This document shows, piece by piece, positions 47,157 to 54,663 of a stretch of DNA of 64,000 nucleotides; the stretch's first letter is position 1, and each line of letters opens with the position of its first letter. The stretch lies in NCBI GenBank assembly GCA_012549035.1, contig GCA_012549035.1_4805.1, one strand, 5' to 3'. The DNA is from a phage. The translations under genes and the position numbers were made by a program. The notes under the pieces were generated by a model. The model saw nothing but the letters and a program-made list of their open reading frames with translations. It ran no database searches and was not told the origin of the DNA.

Positions 47157-48340
47157 TGAACATTCCAGAATTTAATGATGAGCCAGTGATTCAGTTTAAC
47201 GCGCAACAAATCGACGCCATCGAGAAAGCCGTTGCATGGTACAAGCGATTGCAGGACGGTAAAACGACGAAGCGCGTGTTTTTCATCGCTGGCTATGCAG
47301 GAACTGGTAAAACCTCTATTGCTCGCGAGATTGTGCGCCGTTGTGTCGGTGAGTATGGAGCTATCTATATTGCGCCGACCGGAAAGGCTGCAAGCCGATT
47401 AAAGCAAAAAGGCTGTCGTGGCGCTAAGACCCTTCACCAGTTCATCTATAACGTGCGCGGCGTAAATGACGACAATGAGCCAATCTTTTCGAGAAAGTCA
47501 AAGCTGGATGAAAGGCCGCACCTTGTTGTACTCGATGAAGCGTCGATGGTTGGCGAGTGGGACACAGAGCGCCTTCTTGATCACCGCATCCCTGTCCTGG
47601 CATTAGGCGACATTGGACAAGTCCCTCCGGTAAAAGCCGCCGCCTACTTTACTGAAGATGCCGTTGACGTACTGTTAACAGAAATCATGCGGCAAGGGAA
47701 AGAGTCCAATATAATCCGCGCCTCCTTCTTCGTGCGCCAAGGCAACCGCCTTCCTCCGCGTGAATACGATGACGTCAAAGTATTGGCAGAATCGCCGCGC
47801 GTTACTGCATTGAAGAAATTCATGGGCGAAGATGATCAAATTATTTGCTCCTATAATAGCACCAAAGATAAATGGAATTCATTATTACGGCAAGTGAGCG
47901 GACGTATAACGCCAATGCCAGGAATCGGCGAGAAAGTTATTTGCACCTTCAACCAGCACGGGCCAGGATTCTGTAATGGCGAGCAAGGGATTGTTATTAG
48001 CTATGAGCCAGTGCCGGACTTTGAAAGGGATGAAGATGAGTCGAATGAAATAATGTATGTCAACTTGCGTTCATTGACTGATGGTAAAGATATAAAGGTA
48101 AAGATTAATCCTCTTTCCTTCTCTACTGATCAGGAAGTGCGCAAAGAAGCGCAACGTGCTGTTGGCGGGATGGACTACGGCTATGTCATCACGGTGCACA
48201 AATCGCAAGGCAGCGAGTGGGACAATGTGTGCGTGCTGGAAGAAATCTTGCGCGGCGTTCCGTACTCCAAGATGATGTACACCGCTATCACCCGTGCTAA
48301 GAAGAATCTGACCGTGTACCGTGATTTGAAAGCGCGTTAA
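47156..48340 (+). CDS. SF1 DNA helicase (Dda / RecD-like)
   Basis: Walker A AGYAGTGKTS, motif II VVLDEASMV, C-terminal VITVHKSQGSEWDNV. Confidence 0.75.
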   Translation: MNIPEFNDEPVIQFNAQQIDAIEKAVAWYKRLQDGKTTKRVFFIAGYAGTGKTSIAREIVRRCVGEYGAIYIAPTGKAASRLKQKGCRGAKTLHQFIYNVRGVNDDNEPIFSRKSKLDERPHLVVLDEASMVGEWDTERLLDHRIPVLALGDIGQVPPVKAAAYFTEDAVDVLLTEIMRQGKESNIIRASFFVRQGNRLPPREYDDVKVLAESPRVTALKKFMGEDDQIICSYNSTKDKWNSLLRQVSGRITPMPGIGEKVICTFNQHGPGFCNGEQGIVISYEPVPDFERDEDESNEIMYVNLRSLTDGKDIKVKINPLSFSTDQEVRKEAQRAVGGMDYGYVITVHKSQGSEWDNVCVLEEILRGVPYSKMMYTAITRAKKNLTVYRDLKAR

Positions 48341-48493
48341 TGTTGACGTAAATTTACGAAAAATAAAACTGAAAATCAGTTTAATTAAAGTGGCATTGCC
48401 GCCATAGTTTTTAGTTGCTACTGGCGGCAACTGAAGGCATAATTAAGTTATCCCAAACGGGGAATATAAAATAAACTAATTTATTTAAGGACT

Positions 48494-49339
48494 GTGAATA
48501 TGGCCGAAGCAATCAAAGTATTATCTAAAGAAGAAAAACAAGCAGCCGCAGCAGAACGTCGTCGCGTGGCTGAAGAAAAACGCCTGGCTAAAAAGAAAGA
48601 AGCCGAAGAGAAACGCCAGAAGCGTGAGCAGGAAAAACAAGCCAAGCGTGAAGAAGCTGCGCTGAAACGCAAGCAGGCTGCTGATGAGAAGGCTCAGAAG
48701 CGTGCTGAAGAAGCAGCTAAGAAAGCTAAAGAGCGTGCAGAAAAGGCTGCTGCTAAGAAAGCAGAGCGTGAAGCCGCTAAAGCAGCAAAAGAAATCGAAA
48801 AGGCAAAGGCTAAAGAAGAAGCCAAGCGCCTGAAAGCTGAGCAGGCTGCGGCCAAGAAAGCAGAGCGTGATCAAGCCCGTGCTGCAGCGAAGGCCGAAAA
48901 AGAGAAGGCCAAAGAAGAAGCTAAAGCGAAACGCAAGGCAGAGCGTGAAGCTGCTAAGATTGCGGCGAAAGAAGCTGCAGAACAGCAGAAAGAACAGCGT
49001 AAGAAAGAAGCTGAAGAACGTCGCAAAGCCATCGCAGAACGTAAGGCTGCTAAAAAGGCAAACGGTCAGCGTCGTGCAAAAGCCACTCACTTCATCTACA
49101 CTGGCAATGGCCTGAGCCAGCCGCAAGAGCATTCCACTCGTGGACGCGTTCTGGCGGCGATCAAAGAAGGCGAAGTTGGCGTGGCGCAGTCTATCGATGA
49201 GCTGGGCGAAAAAGTTAAAGATCAACTGTTTGGCGCTTCCGTTCGCTCCTACCTGAGCAAGCTGGAAGAGATGGGCCACATCGAGTTTGTCGATGTTGAA
49301 TCCAACGACGATGCTGAAGACGGTGATCAAGCGGAATAA
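48494..49339 (+). CDS. Lys/Ala/Glu-rich low-complexity protein with globular C-terminal domain (histone H1 / TolA-like)
   Basis: About 190 aa of KAKE/AAKK repeats followed by non-repetitive 90-aa C-terminus. Confidence 0.55.
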   Translation: MNMAEAIKVLSKEEKQAAAAERRRVAEEKRLAKKKEAEEKRQKREQEKQAKREEAALKRKQAADEKAQKRAEEAAKKAKERAEKAAAKKAEREAAKAAKEIEKAKAKEEAKRLKAEQAAAKKAERDQARAAAKAEKEKAKEEAKAKRKAEREAAKIAAKEAAEQQKEQRKKEAEERRKAIAERKAAKKANGQRRAKATHFIYTGNGLSQPQEHSTRGRVLAAIKEGEVGVAQSIDELGEKVKDQLFGASVRSYLSKLEEMGHIEFVDVESNDDAEDGDQAE

Positions 49340-49367
49340 CCTGTAGGACGGTTATATAGCGGTAATT

Positions 49368-49394
49368 GACCCACACTTGTTGTGGGTCTTTTTT
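49368..49394 (+). terminator. Intrinsic terminator
   Basis: gacccaca-cttgt-tgtgggtc followed by tttttt. Confidence 0.6.
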
Positions 49395-49473
49395 CGTCTG
49401 TACTAAATAGAAATGACTTGTTGCTGTAAAATAATTTAGCTATTATACTTCTCATATCACCCACAAAGGACAA

Positions 49474-50469
49474 ATGAACATGAAACAACATGTAATGATT
49501 ATCGGCGGCGGTTTGGCAGGACTTATTACCGCGTGTCACTTCCCGAACTCTATTGTGTACGAAGCAGGGGAGCGAGCGCAGCAGCACAAGGCGTTGCTAC
49601 GCTTTCGCGGCGAAGAAGTAAGCCGTATTACCGGAATCCCTTTTAAGGCCGTGACAGTTGACAAGGCTGTGTATTTTCGCGGCAACTACTACCACGACCA
49701 TTGCCCAATCAACCTTGCCAATATGTATTCCATGAAGGTCACCAATCAATTCGGTAGCCGCTCAATTATGAAGCTTAAAACTGCAACGCGTTATATTGCG
49801 CCTGATGACTTTTATGATCAGCTTGTCGACAAACTGGGTGACCGCATATTCTTTAACACTCCTGTTGATACGCTTTGCGGCTATAGCGAGACGCCAATCA
49901 TCAACACGTCGCCGCTGCCAGTCATGATGAAGCTTGCTGGGATTGATCAAAAGATTGATTTCTCATTCGATAAGGCGAACATTCGTGTTTACCGCTTTAA
50001 GATTAAACGCAAGTGTGAACTGTATCAAACCATTTACTTCCCTGACTACTCCGTCAGAACTTACCGCGCATCAATCACTGGCGACACATTGATCATCGAA
50101 ACAATTCCTTTGGTTAGCGTAAGTGAAGCTGCAGTTGAAGCCGCTGGCGGCATTACTCGTTACCGTGACATTAAGTTGCGTGCAGAAGTTGACGAAGTGT
50201 TGACAGCCTTTGGCCTCTCATGGAGTGACATTACTCTTGAAGAAGTTGAAAAGGTCGACCAGAAATATGGCAAGATTGTCGACATTCCGAAGGACTTGCG
50301 ACACGCCCTACTCCTGCAGCTGACTATGGATTTGAACGTGTTTAGTGTCGGTCGATTTGCTACCTGGCGCAACATTTTGCTTGATGATGTCGCTCATGAC
50401 CTTGTTGAAGTTGAAAAACTCATCAAAGCAAATAACTATCAAAAATTTGCTTATATTGCTAATAAATAA
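49474..50469 (+). CDS. FAD/NAD(P)-binding oxidoreductase (putative)
   Basis: N-terminal Rossmann dinucleotide motif MIIGGGLAGL; 331 aa. Confidence 0.5.
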   Translation: MNMKQHVMIIGGGLAGLITACHFPNSIVYEAGERAQQHKALLRFRGEEVSRITGIPFKAVTVDKAVYFRGNYYHDHCPINLANMYSMKVTNQFGSRSIMKLKTATRYIAPDDFYDQLVDKLGDRIFFNTPVDTLCGYSETPIINTSPLPVMMKLAGIDQKIDFSFDKANIRVYRFKIKRKCELYQTIYFPDYSVRTYRASITGDTLIIETIPLVSVSEAAVEAAGGITRYRDIKLRAEVDEVLTAFGLSWSDITLEEVEKVDQKYGKIVDIPKDLRHALLLQLTMDLNVFSVGRFATWRNILLDDVAHDLVEVEKLIKANNYQKFAYIANK

Positions 50470-50477
50470 TTTGCTTT

Positions 50478-50514
50478 CTGCTTCAATGGGCGTATACTTT
50501 AATCATTGAAGCAG
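50478..50514. repeat. 11-bp perfect inverted repeat (ctgcttcaatg / cattgaagcag)
   Basis: 15-nt loop, no T-run; between FAD gene and secreted-protein gene. Confidence 0.5.
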
Positions 50515-50534
50515 AACTCATAGAGGAAACGAAA

Positions 50535-50981
50535 ATGAAACGAATCACTGGAATCGCGCTTGCCGCAACCGCTATTCTCGGCACCATGTATATGGAAGCT
50601 ACTGAAGCGGCTGTCCGCACTTCCGATTCAGTAGCTGTGTATGATTGCGAAGCGATGGACGGTAAAACCGCAGCAGCCACTGGCGCAACTATCACGGCTT
50701 ACATCGGCGTGAACGAGCAAGAAGGTCTGAATATTCAGATTCAAGGATTCACAGGCAAAGGTGCCAACCGCACTCCTTGGATGCAACGTTTCACTTTCGT
50801 TCAGCCTCGTTCAACTGGCGGCTTTATCAACCTGATTGGTGAAAATCGTTCTGGTGCAGAAATCTTTACATCAATGAGTTCTAATAATGAACCAAAGAAA
50901 AGTTTTCAGTTGCTTTATAACGCACAATTCGTTTATCATTGCACCTTCTCTGGTGATCAGCAACTAGTAAATTACCGTTAA
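50535..50981 (+). CDS. Secreted hypothetical protein (signal peptide)
   Basis: N-terminal MKRITGIALAATAILGTMYMEATEAA; 148 aa. Confidence 0.5.
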   Translation: MKRITGIALAATAILGTMYMEATEAAVRTSDSVAVYDCEAMDGKTAAATGATITAYIGVNEQEGLNIQIQGFTGKGANRTPWMQRFTFVQPRSTGGFINLIGENRSGAEIFTSMSSNNEPKKSFQLLYNAQFVYHCTFSGDQQLVNYR

Positions 50982-50994
50982 TAGGATAATTAAA

Positions 50995-51804
50995 ATGAAA
51001 GTTGAATTAATTCGATACACCCAAGATGCACTTGACCTTTTGCTGGAAACAAAGAACACGCGCATGACTGGTAAGCCTGTCTCTGAGATGACGGAATCAG
51101 AGAAGCAAGAGCATTGGCGCTACATGCTTGACACCATCAAGTCGCCTTTTGACTTTGTGGACTATATCTTTGACATCACCGCTGTATCAAAGAATATGAC
51201 TCATCAGATGGTACGCACACGCACAGGTGCATATCAAGAACGCACCAGCCGCGCTCAGGAATCTTCTGCATTTGATGCGATTCGTCCGAAGGCATTCGAG
51301 CACCCTTCTGACTGCAATGATGAAAATGCATTTGATGATGTGCACATAAGACATCACTCATTGGCAGAGAAATGGGATGATGCAATGGCGACTATCGATG
51401 CTTTGTATCAAGAACTTCGCGCGGCTGGCGCAGAGATTCAAGATGCACGTGCCGTGTTGCCTTCTAATATGCAAACGCATATCATGGCAAAGTTCAACTT
51501 GCGCACCCTGCAACAAATGGCTTCCAACCGCTTGTGTACGCGCACCCAAGGCGAGTATCAGGAAGTTTTCCGTGCGATGGTAGCGGAAGTCCTCAAGGTG
51601 CACCCGTGGGCTAATCCTTTACTACAGCCGCAATGCATCGGTATGGGCAAGTGCGCATTCCCTCGCCATGGCAAGGCCCATTGCCCTTGGTATCGTGATT
51701 GGATGGATACCACTGCACAGCAAGAAGAGTTGCGCATCCAGTTTTGGGATGCCGCGCCAATCACCAATAATCCAGTTGCTAAAGATGGAGTATCAAAAGG
51801 ATGA
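50995..51804 (+). CDS. ThyX-like (flavin-dependent thymidylate synthase family) protein, divergent
   Basis: ThyX-like pattern (MKVELI.., SPFDF, HQMVRTRTGAYQERTSR, ARAVLP) but canonical RHR-x7-S reads RTR-x7-TS; C-terminal CIGMGKCAFPRHGKAHCPW Cys cluster. Confidence 0.4.
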   Translation: MKVELIRYTQDALDLLLETKNTRMTGKPVSEMTESEKQEHWRYMLDTIKSPFDFVDYIFDITAVSKNMTHQMVRTRTGAYQERTSRAQESSAFDAIRPKAFEHPSDCNDENAFDDVHIRHHSLAEKWDDAMATIDALYQELRAAGAEIQDARAVLPSNMQTHIMAKFNLRTLQQMASNRLCTRTQGEYQEVFRAMVAEVLKVHPWANPLLQPQCIGMGKCAFPRHGKAHCPWYRDWMDTTAQQEELRIQFWDAAPITNNPVAKDGVSKG

Positions 51805-52673
51805 GCATTAAAAACAGCGAAATCTTAAACGTATTCGACCTTGACGGAACGCTGTTTGATGACCGTTGGCGCTTAGACCGCATCAAGGTGGCAGGTCCGT
51901 TGTCAGACTATGATGACTATCACAGCGGTATTGGTTATGATCAGTTCTATCCTCACATTGCATCAGCAGTAGAGTCGGCATCTCTTCGCGGTGAGGCGGT
52001 TGAATATTGGACTGCAAGGCCAGAAAAATACAGACAAGTGACTTTTGAACGTCTGGACAATGTTTTCCCTTTTGATGAATTTACAATCAAGATGAGAGAC
52101 TATGGCGACAAACGTCCATCAACTATTATGAAATCTGCATGGCTATCGCACGCTTTGCGGCACGGCGATTATCGAATCATCAATGTATTCGACGACCGAC
52201 AAGACGTACTCGCGCGGATGCAAGATGAAGCATTGTATTATAACTCCGTTGCTCAAAATAAAATCGCTTTTACATTTAATCTTTGCAAAGCAGGTGAAGT
52301 GGTGCAACAATTAGCAATTGATCCAAGCGCAACAGGGCAAGAAGAGACTAAGGCTGTGGAAGTTGAACAATCTCCGGCAACTGCCGCCGATATTCTTGAT
52401 GCGATGGCCGCGACCTTCCGTGAGCGCAATGCCGTTTATGGCGATAACGCTGTGATGGTAGGTCAGGTTATGCAGGTGTTGTTCCCTAATGGCGTAACTT
52501 TGAAGACACCGGAAGACTACCACATGTGGCATCTGTTCGAGCTTAAGATTGTCAAGCTTACACGCTTCGCAATCAGCGGCCTGAAGCACGAAGACTCAAT
52601 ACGCGACGATGGTGTTTATAGCGCCATGTGTGAACGTCTTGTAAACACCCATAATATTAATTTCAATAAATAG
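51801..52673 (+). CDS. HAD-superfamily phosphatase-like protein with unknown C-terminal domain
   Basis: HAD motif I FDLDGTL near N-terminus, later VFDDRQDV; 290 aa. Confidence 0.45.
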   Translation: MSIKNSEILNVFDLDGTLFDDRWRLDRIKVAGPLSDYDDYHSGIGYDQFYPHIASAVESASLRGEAVEYWTARPEKYRQVTFERLDNVFPFDEFTIKMRDYGDKRPSTIMKSAWLSHALRHGDYRIINVFDDRQDVLARMQDEALYYNSVAQNKIAFTFNLCKAGEVVQQLAIDPSATGQEETKAVEVEQSPATAADILDAMAATFRERNAVYGDNAVMVGQVMQVLFPNGVTLKTPEDYHMWHLFELKIVKLTRFAISGLKHEDSIRDDGVYSAMCERLVNTHNINFNK

Positions 52674-52717
52674 TTTACTTGTGCGTTTCGATGAGTTATA
52701 TTTACCTCATCGAAACG
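52674..52717 (+). promoter_or_regulatory. Promoter-like element with 12-bp perfect inverted repeat CGTTTCGATGAG-N10-CTCATCGAAACG
   Basis: TTTACT, 17-nt spacer, TATATT; right half-site CTCATCGAAACGAA recurs at 59538-59550. Confidence 0.45.
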
Positions 52718-52738
52718 AAGTCCAAAAAGGATAAATAA

Positions 52739-53422
52739 ATGAAAAAAGTAATTGTTGTAACAGGTTCCAATTCCGGTCTTGGTAAATCTATTTTTGACAC
52801 CCTTGGCGCTTACGGTCATAACGTGCTTGGCATCGATTCAGCATACGGATATGACGTCCGCGATGCTAAACAGATGAAAGAAATTTTAAGCCCATGTGAT
52901 GTTGAAGGCTTGATCAACTGTGCTGGTGTCAACTCTAACAATTGGTTTGAAGATGTAAACTATGAAGAGTTTAACCGCGTTATGCACACCAACGCATTCT
53001 CTTTCGTTAACACGACTCAGGCTGCGCTGAAAAGTCTTATCGACAACAAAGGCTTTGTGATCAACATCGTTTCCAACGCTGCGCATATTCCTATGACGTC
53101 CAGCTTGTGTTATAATGCATCCAAGGCCGCTGCGCTTATGATCAGCAAGCAGATGGCTCACGAACTTACGCCTAAGTACGGCATCACGGTATTCTCTATT
53201 AGTCCTAACAAGTTGCGCGGCACTGGCATGTCTAAACAGATTGAAGATGCCGTTTGCGCGACTCGCGGCTGGACTCCTGAATACGCTGCTGAATACCAGA
53301 AAAAGGCATTGATGAATGGATTGGAAACTGAGCCGCAAGTAATTGCTGACTTCATTCGCCATATCTTAATTACGGGCGCATGGCGCTTTATGTCTGGCAC
53401 TGATATTCCATTTGGTAAATAA
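52739..53422 (+). CDS. Short-chain dehydrogenase/reductase (SDR)
   Basis: TGSNSGLGKS cofactor motif, NCAG, catalytic YNASK. Confidence 0.7.
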   Translation: MKKVIVVTGSNSGLGKSIFDTLGAYGHNVLGIDSAYGYDVRDAKQMKEILSPCDVEGLINCAGVNSNNWFEDVNYEEFNRVMHTNAFSFVNTTQAALKSLIDNKGFVINIVSNAAHIPMTSSLCYNASKAAALMISKQMAHELTPKYGITVFSISPNKLRGTGMSKQIEDAVCATRGWTPEYAAEYQKKALMNGLETEPQVIADFIRHILITGAWRFMSGTDIPFGK

Positions 53423-53514
53423 CAAACATTTGAAGTTGTCACACCCGCTCCTGAAAAGAAACAGGACGAAGACAACACAGTAATTAATCAATAATATTTA
53501 ATTAAGGAAACAAA

Positions 53515-54066
53515 ATGCCACATTTTAAAATTGAACAAATCGCCCTGTCAATTCCAGATGCTCAGCGCGCACAGGATTTCTTGGCTAAAATCGGCCTGAC
53601 AGAATGGTTCCATGATCATGTTGTTGCTACTGGTCGCGTATTTGAAGCTGATGACTTTAAAGGTCGTCGCGACGATTGCACCAATGAAGCTGACTTGCGC
53701 TTCAACTATCAGGCTGGCAACGGTACTGATGGTGGCGCTGGTAAGCCTCTTGAGCTTGAAATCCTTGACTACACAATGGGCTGCAACTGGATTAACGAAA
53801 ACATCGAATATATCGATGCGCATGACAATCAGGTCAGCCATCTTGGCATGCACGTAACTGCCGCTGAACTTGCTGAATGGCGTAAGTTCTTTAGCGAAGA
53901 AGGCATTCAGGTTGCACAGGAAGTTGTAACTGACTCTCATACCAACCCGAACATTGCTGGTCAACGTCGTTACAACTATGTGATCTTTGATACGCGTGAA
54001 ATCATCGGTGTTGATTTGAAGTTTATCGTGCGCTTGAATCAAGACGGTACTCCGTACACTGTATAA
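53515..54066 (+). CDS. Hypothetical protein (possible VOC/glyoxalase-like)
   Basis: 183-aa ORF; weak His/Glu pattern only; tentative. Confidence 0.4.
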   Translation: MPHFKIEQIALSIPDAQRAQDFLAKIGLTEWFHDHVVATGRVFEADDFKGRRDDCTNEADLRFNYQAGNGTDGGAGKPLELEILDYTMGCNWINENIEYIDAHDNQVSHLGMHVTAAELAEWRKFFSEEGIQVAQEVVTDSHTNPNIAGQRRYNYVIFDTREIIGVDLKFIVRLNQDGTPYTV

Positions 54067-54082
54067 CGAATCGTGAATCTGT

Positions 54083-54107
54083 GGCCGTCCTAATGGGCGG
54101 CCTTTTT
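54083..54107 (+). terminator. Intrinsic terminator
   Basis: ggccgtcc-taat-gggcggcc followed by ttttt. Confidence 0.6.
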
Positions 54108-54120
54108 GTAGGAGGCCAAT

Positions 54121-54663
54121 GTGTTATTTCTCCCTTATGACTTCGAAACAACCGGATTAACCGTGCACCCGAAAGCGCCGCTTGGAATGCAGCCGCGCCC
54201 TATTGAATTTGCAGGCTTGCTGACAGACGGCAAAGAGATTCTTGAAACGTTTGAATTCATAATTAATCCTGAAATCGTGATCGAAGAAATCATCACAAAG
54301 ATTACCGGATTAACAAATGAAGACCTTGAGTGCAATCCACCGTTCATCAATTTCGTCCCGCAGCTAAAAGAAATCCTCAAGAAGACTGATGCAACTATCG
54401 CGCACAACCATGCGTTCGATAAAAACATTCTTGATTATGCACTACAGCGCGAAGGACTTACGCTTGATGATGTTAATTTTCCAGAAATAAACATATGTAC
54501 AGTTGAGCAAACCTTGCCTATTTTTGGCCGAAGAGTTAAGCTTCAAGAGCTGTATGAATTATATTTCGGAAAATATGAACAGAAGCACCGTGCATTAGAC
54601 GACGTAATATTACTGCACAAAGTCTGCCAACAAATTGGCGTATATGACATCTGGAGTAAATAA
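54121..54663 (+). CDS. DEDD-family 3'-5' exonuclease (DnaQ / epsilon-like)
   Basis: GTG start after AGGAGG SD; Exo I DFETTGL, Exo II AHNHAFD, Exo III HRALDDV. Confidence 0.75.
   Translation: MLFLPYDFETTGLTVHPKAPLGMQPRPIEFAGLLTDGKEILETFEFIINPEIVIEEIITKITGLTNEDLECNPPFINFVPQLKEILKKTDATIAHNHAFDKNILDYALQREGLTLDDVNFPEINICTVEQTLPIFGRRVKLQELYELYFGKYEQKHRALDDVILLHKVCQQIGVYDIWSK

Noticed and set aside
48521-49330. Minus-strand 269-aa ORF
   Set aside because: Reverse-strand artefact of the Lys/Ala/Glu repeat gene.
53548-54042. Minus-strand 164-aa ORF
   Set aside because: Antisense to the VOC-like gene in a region where all genes are on the plus strand.
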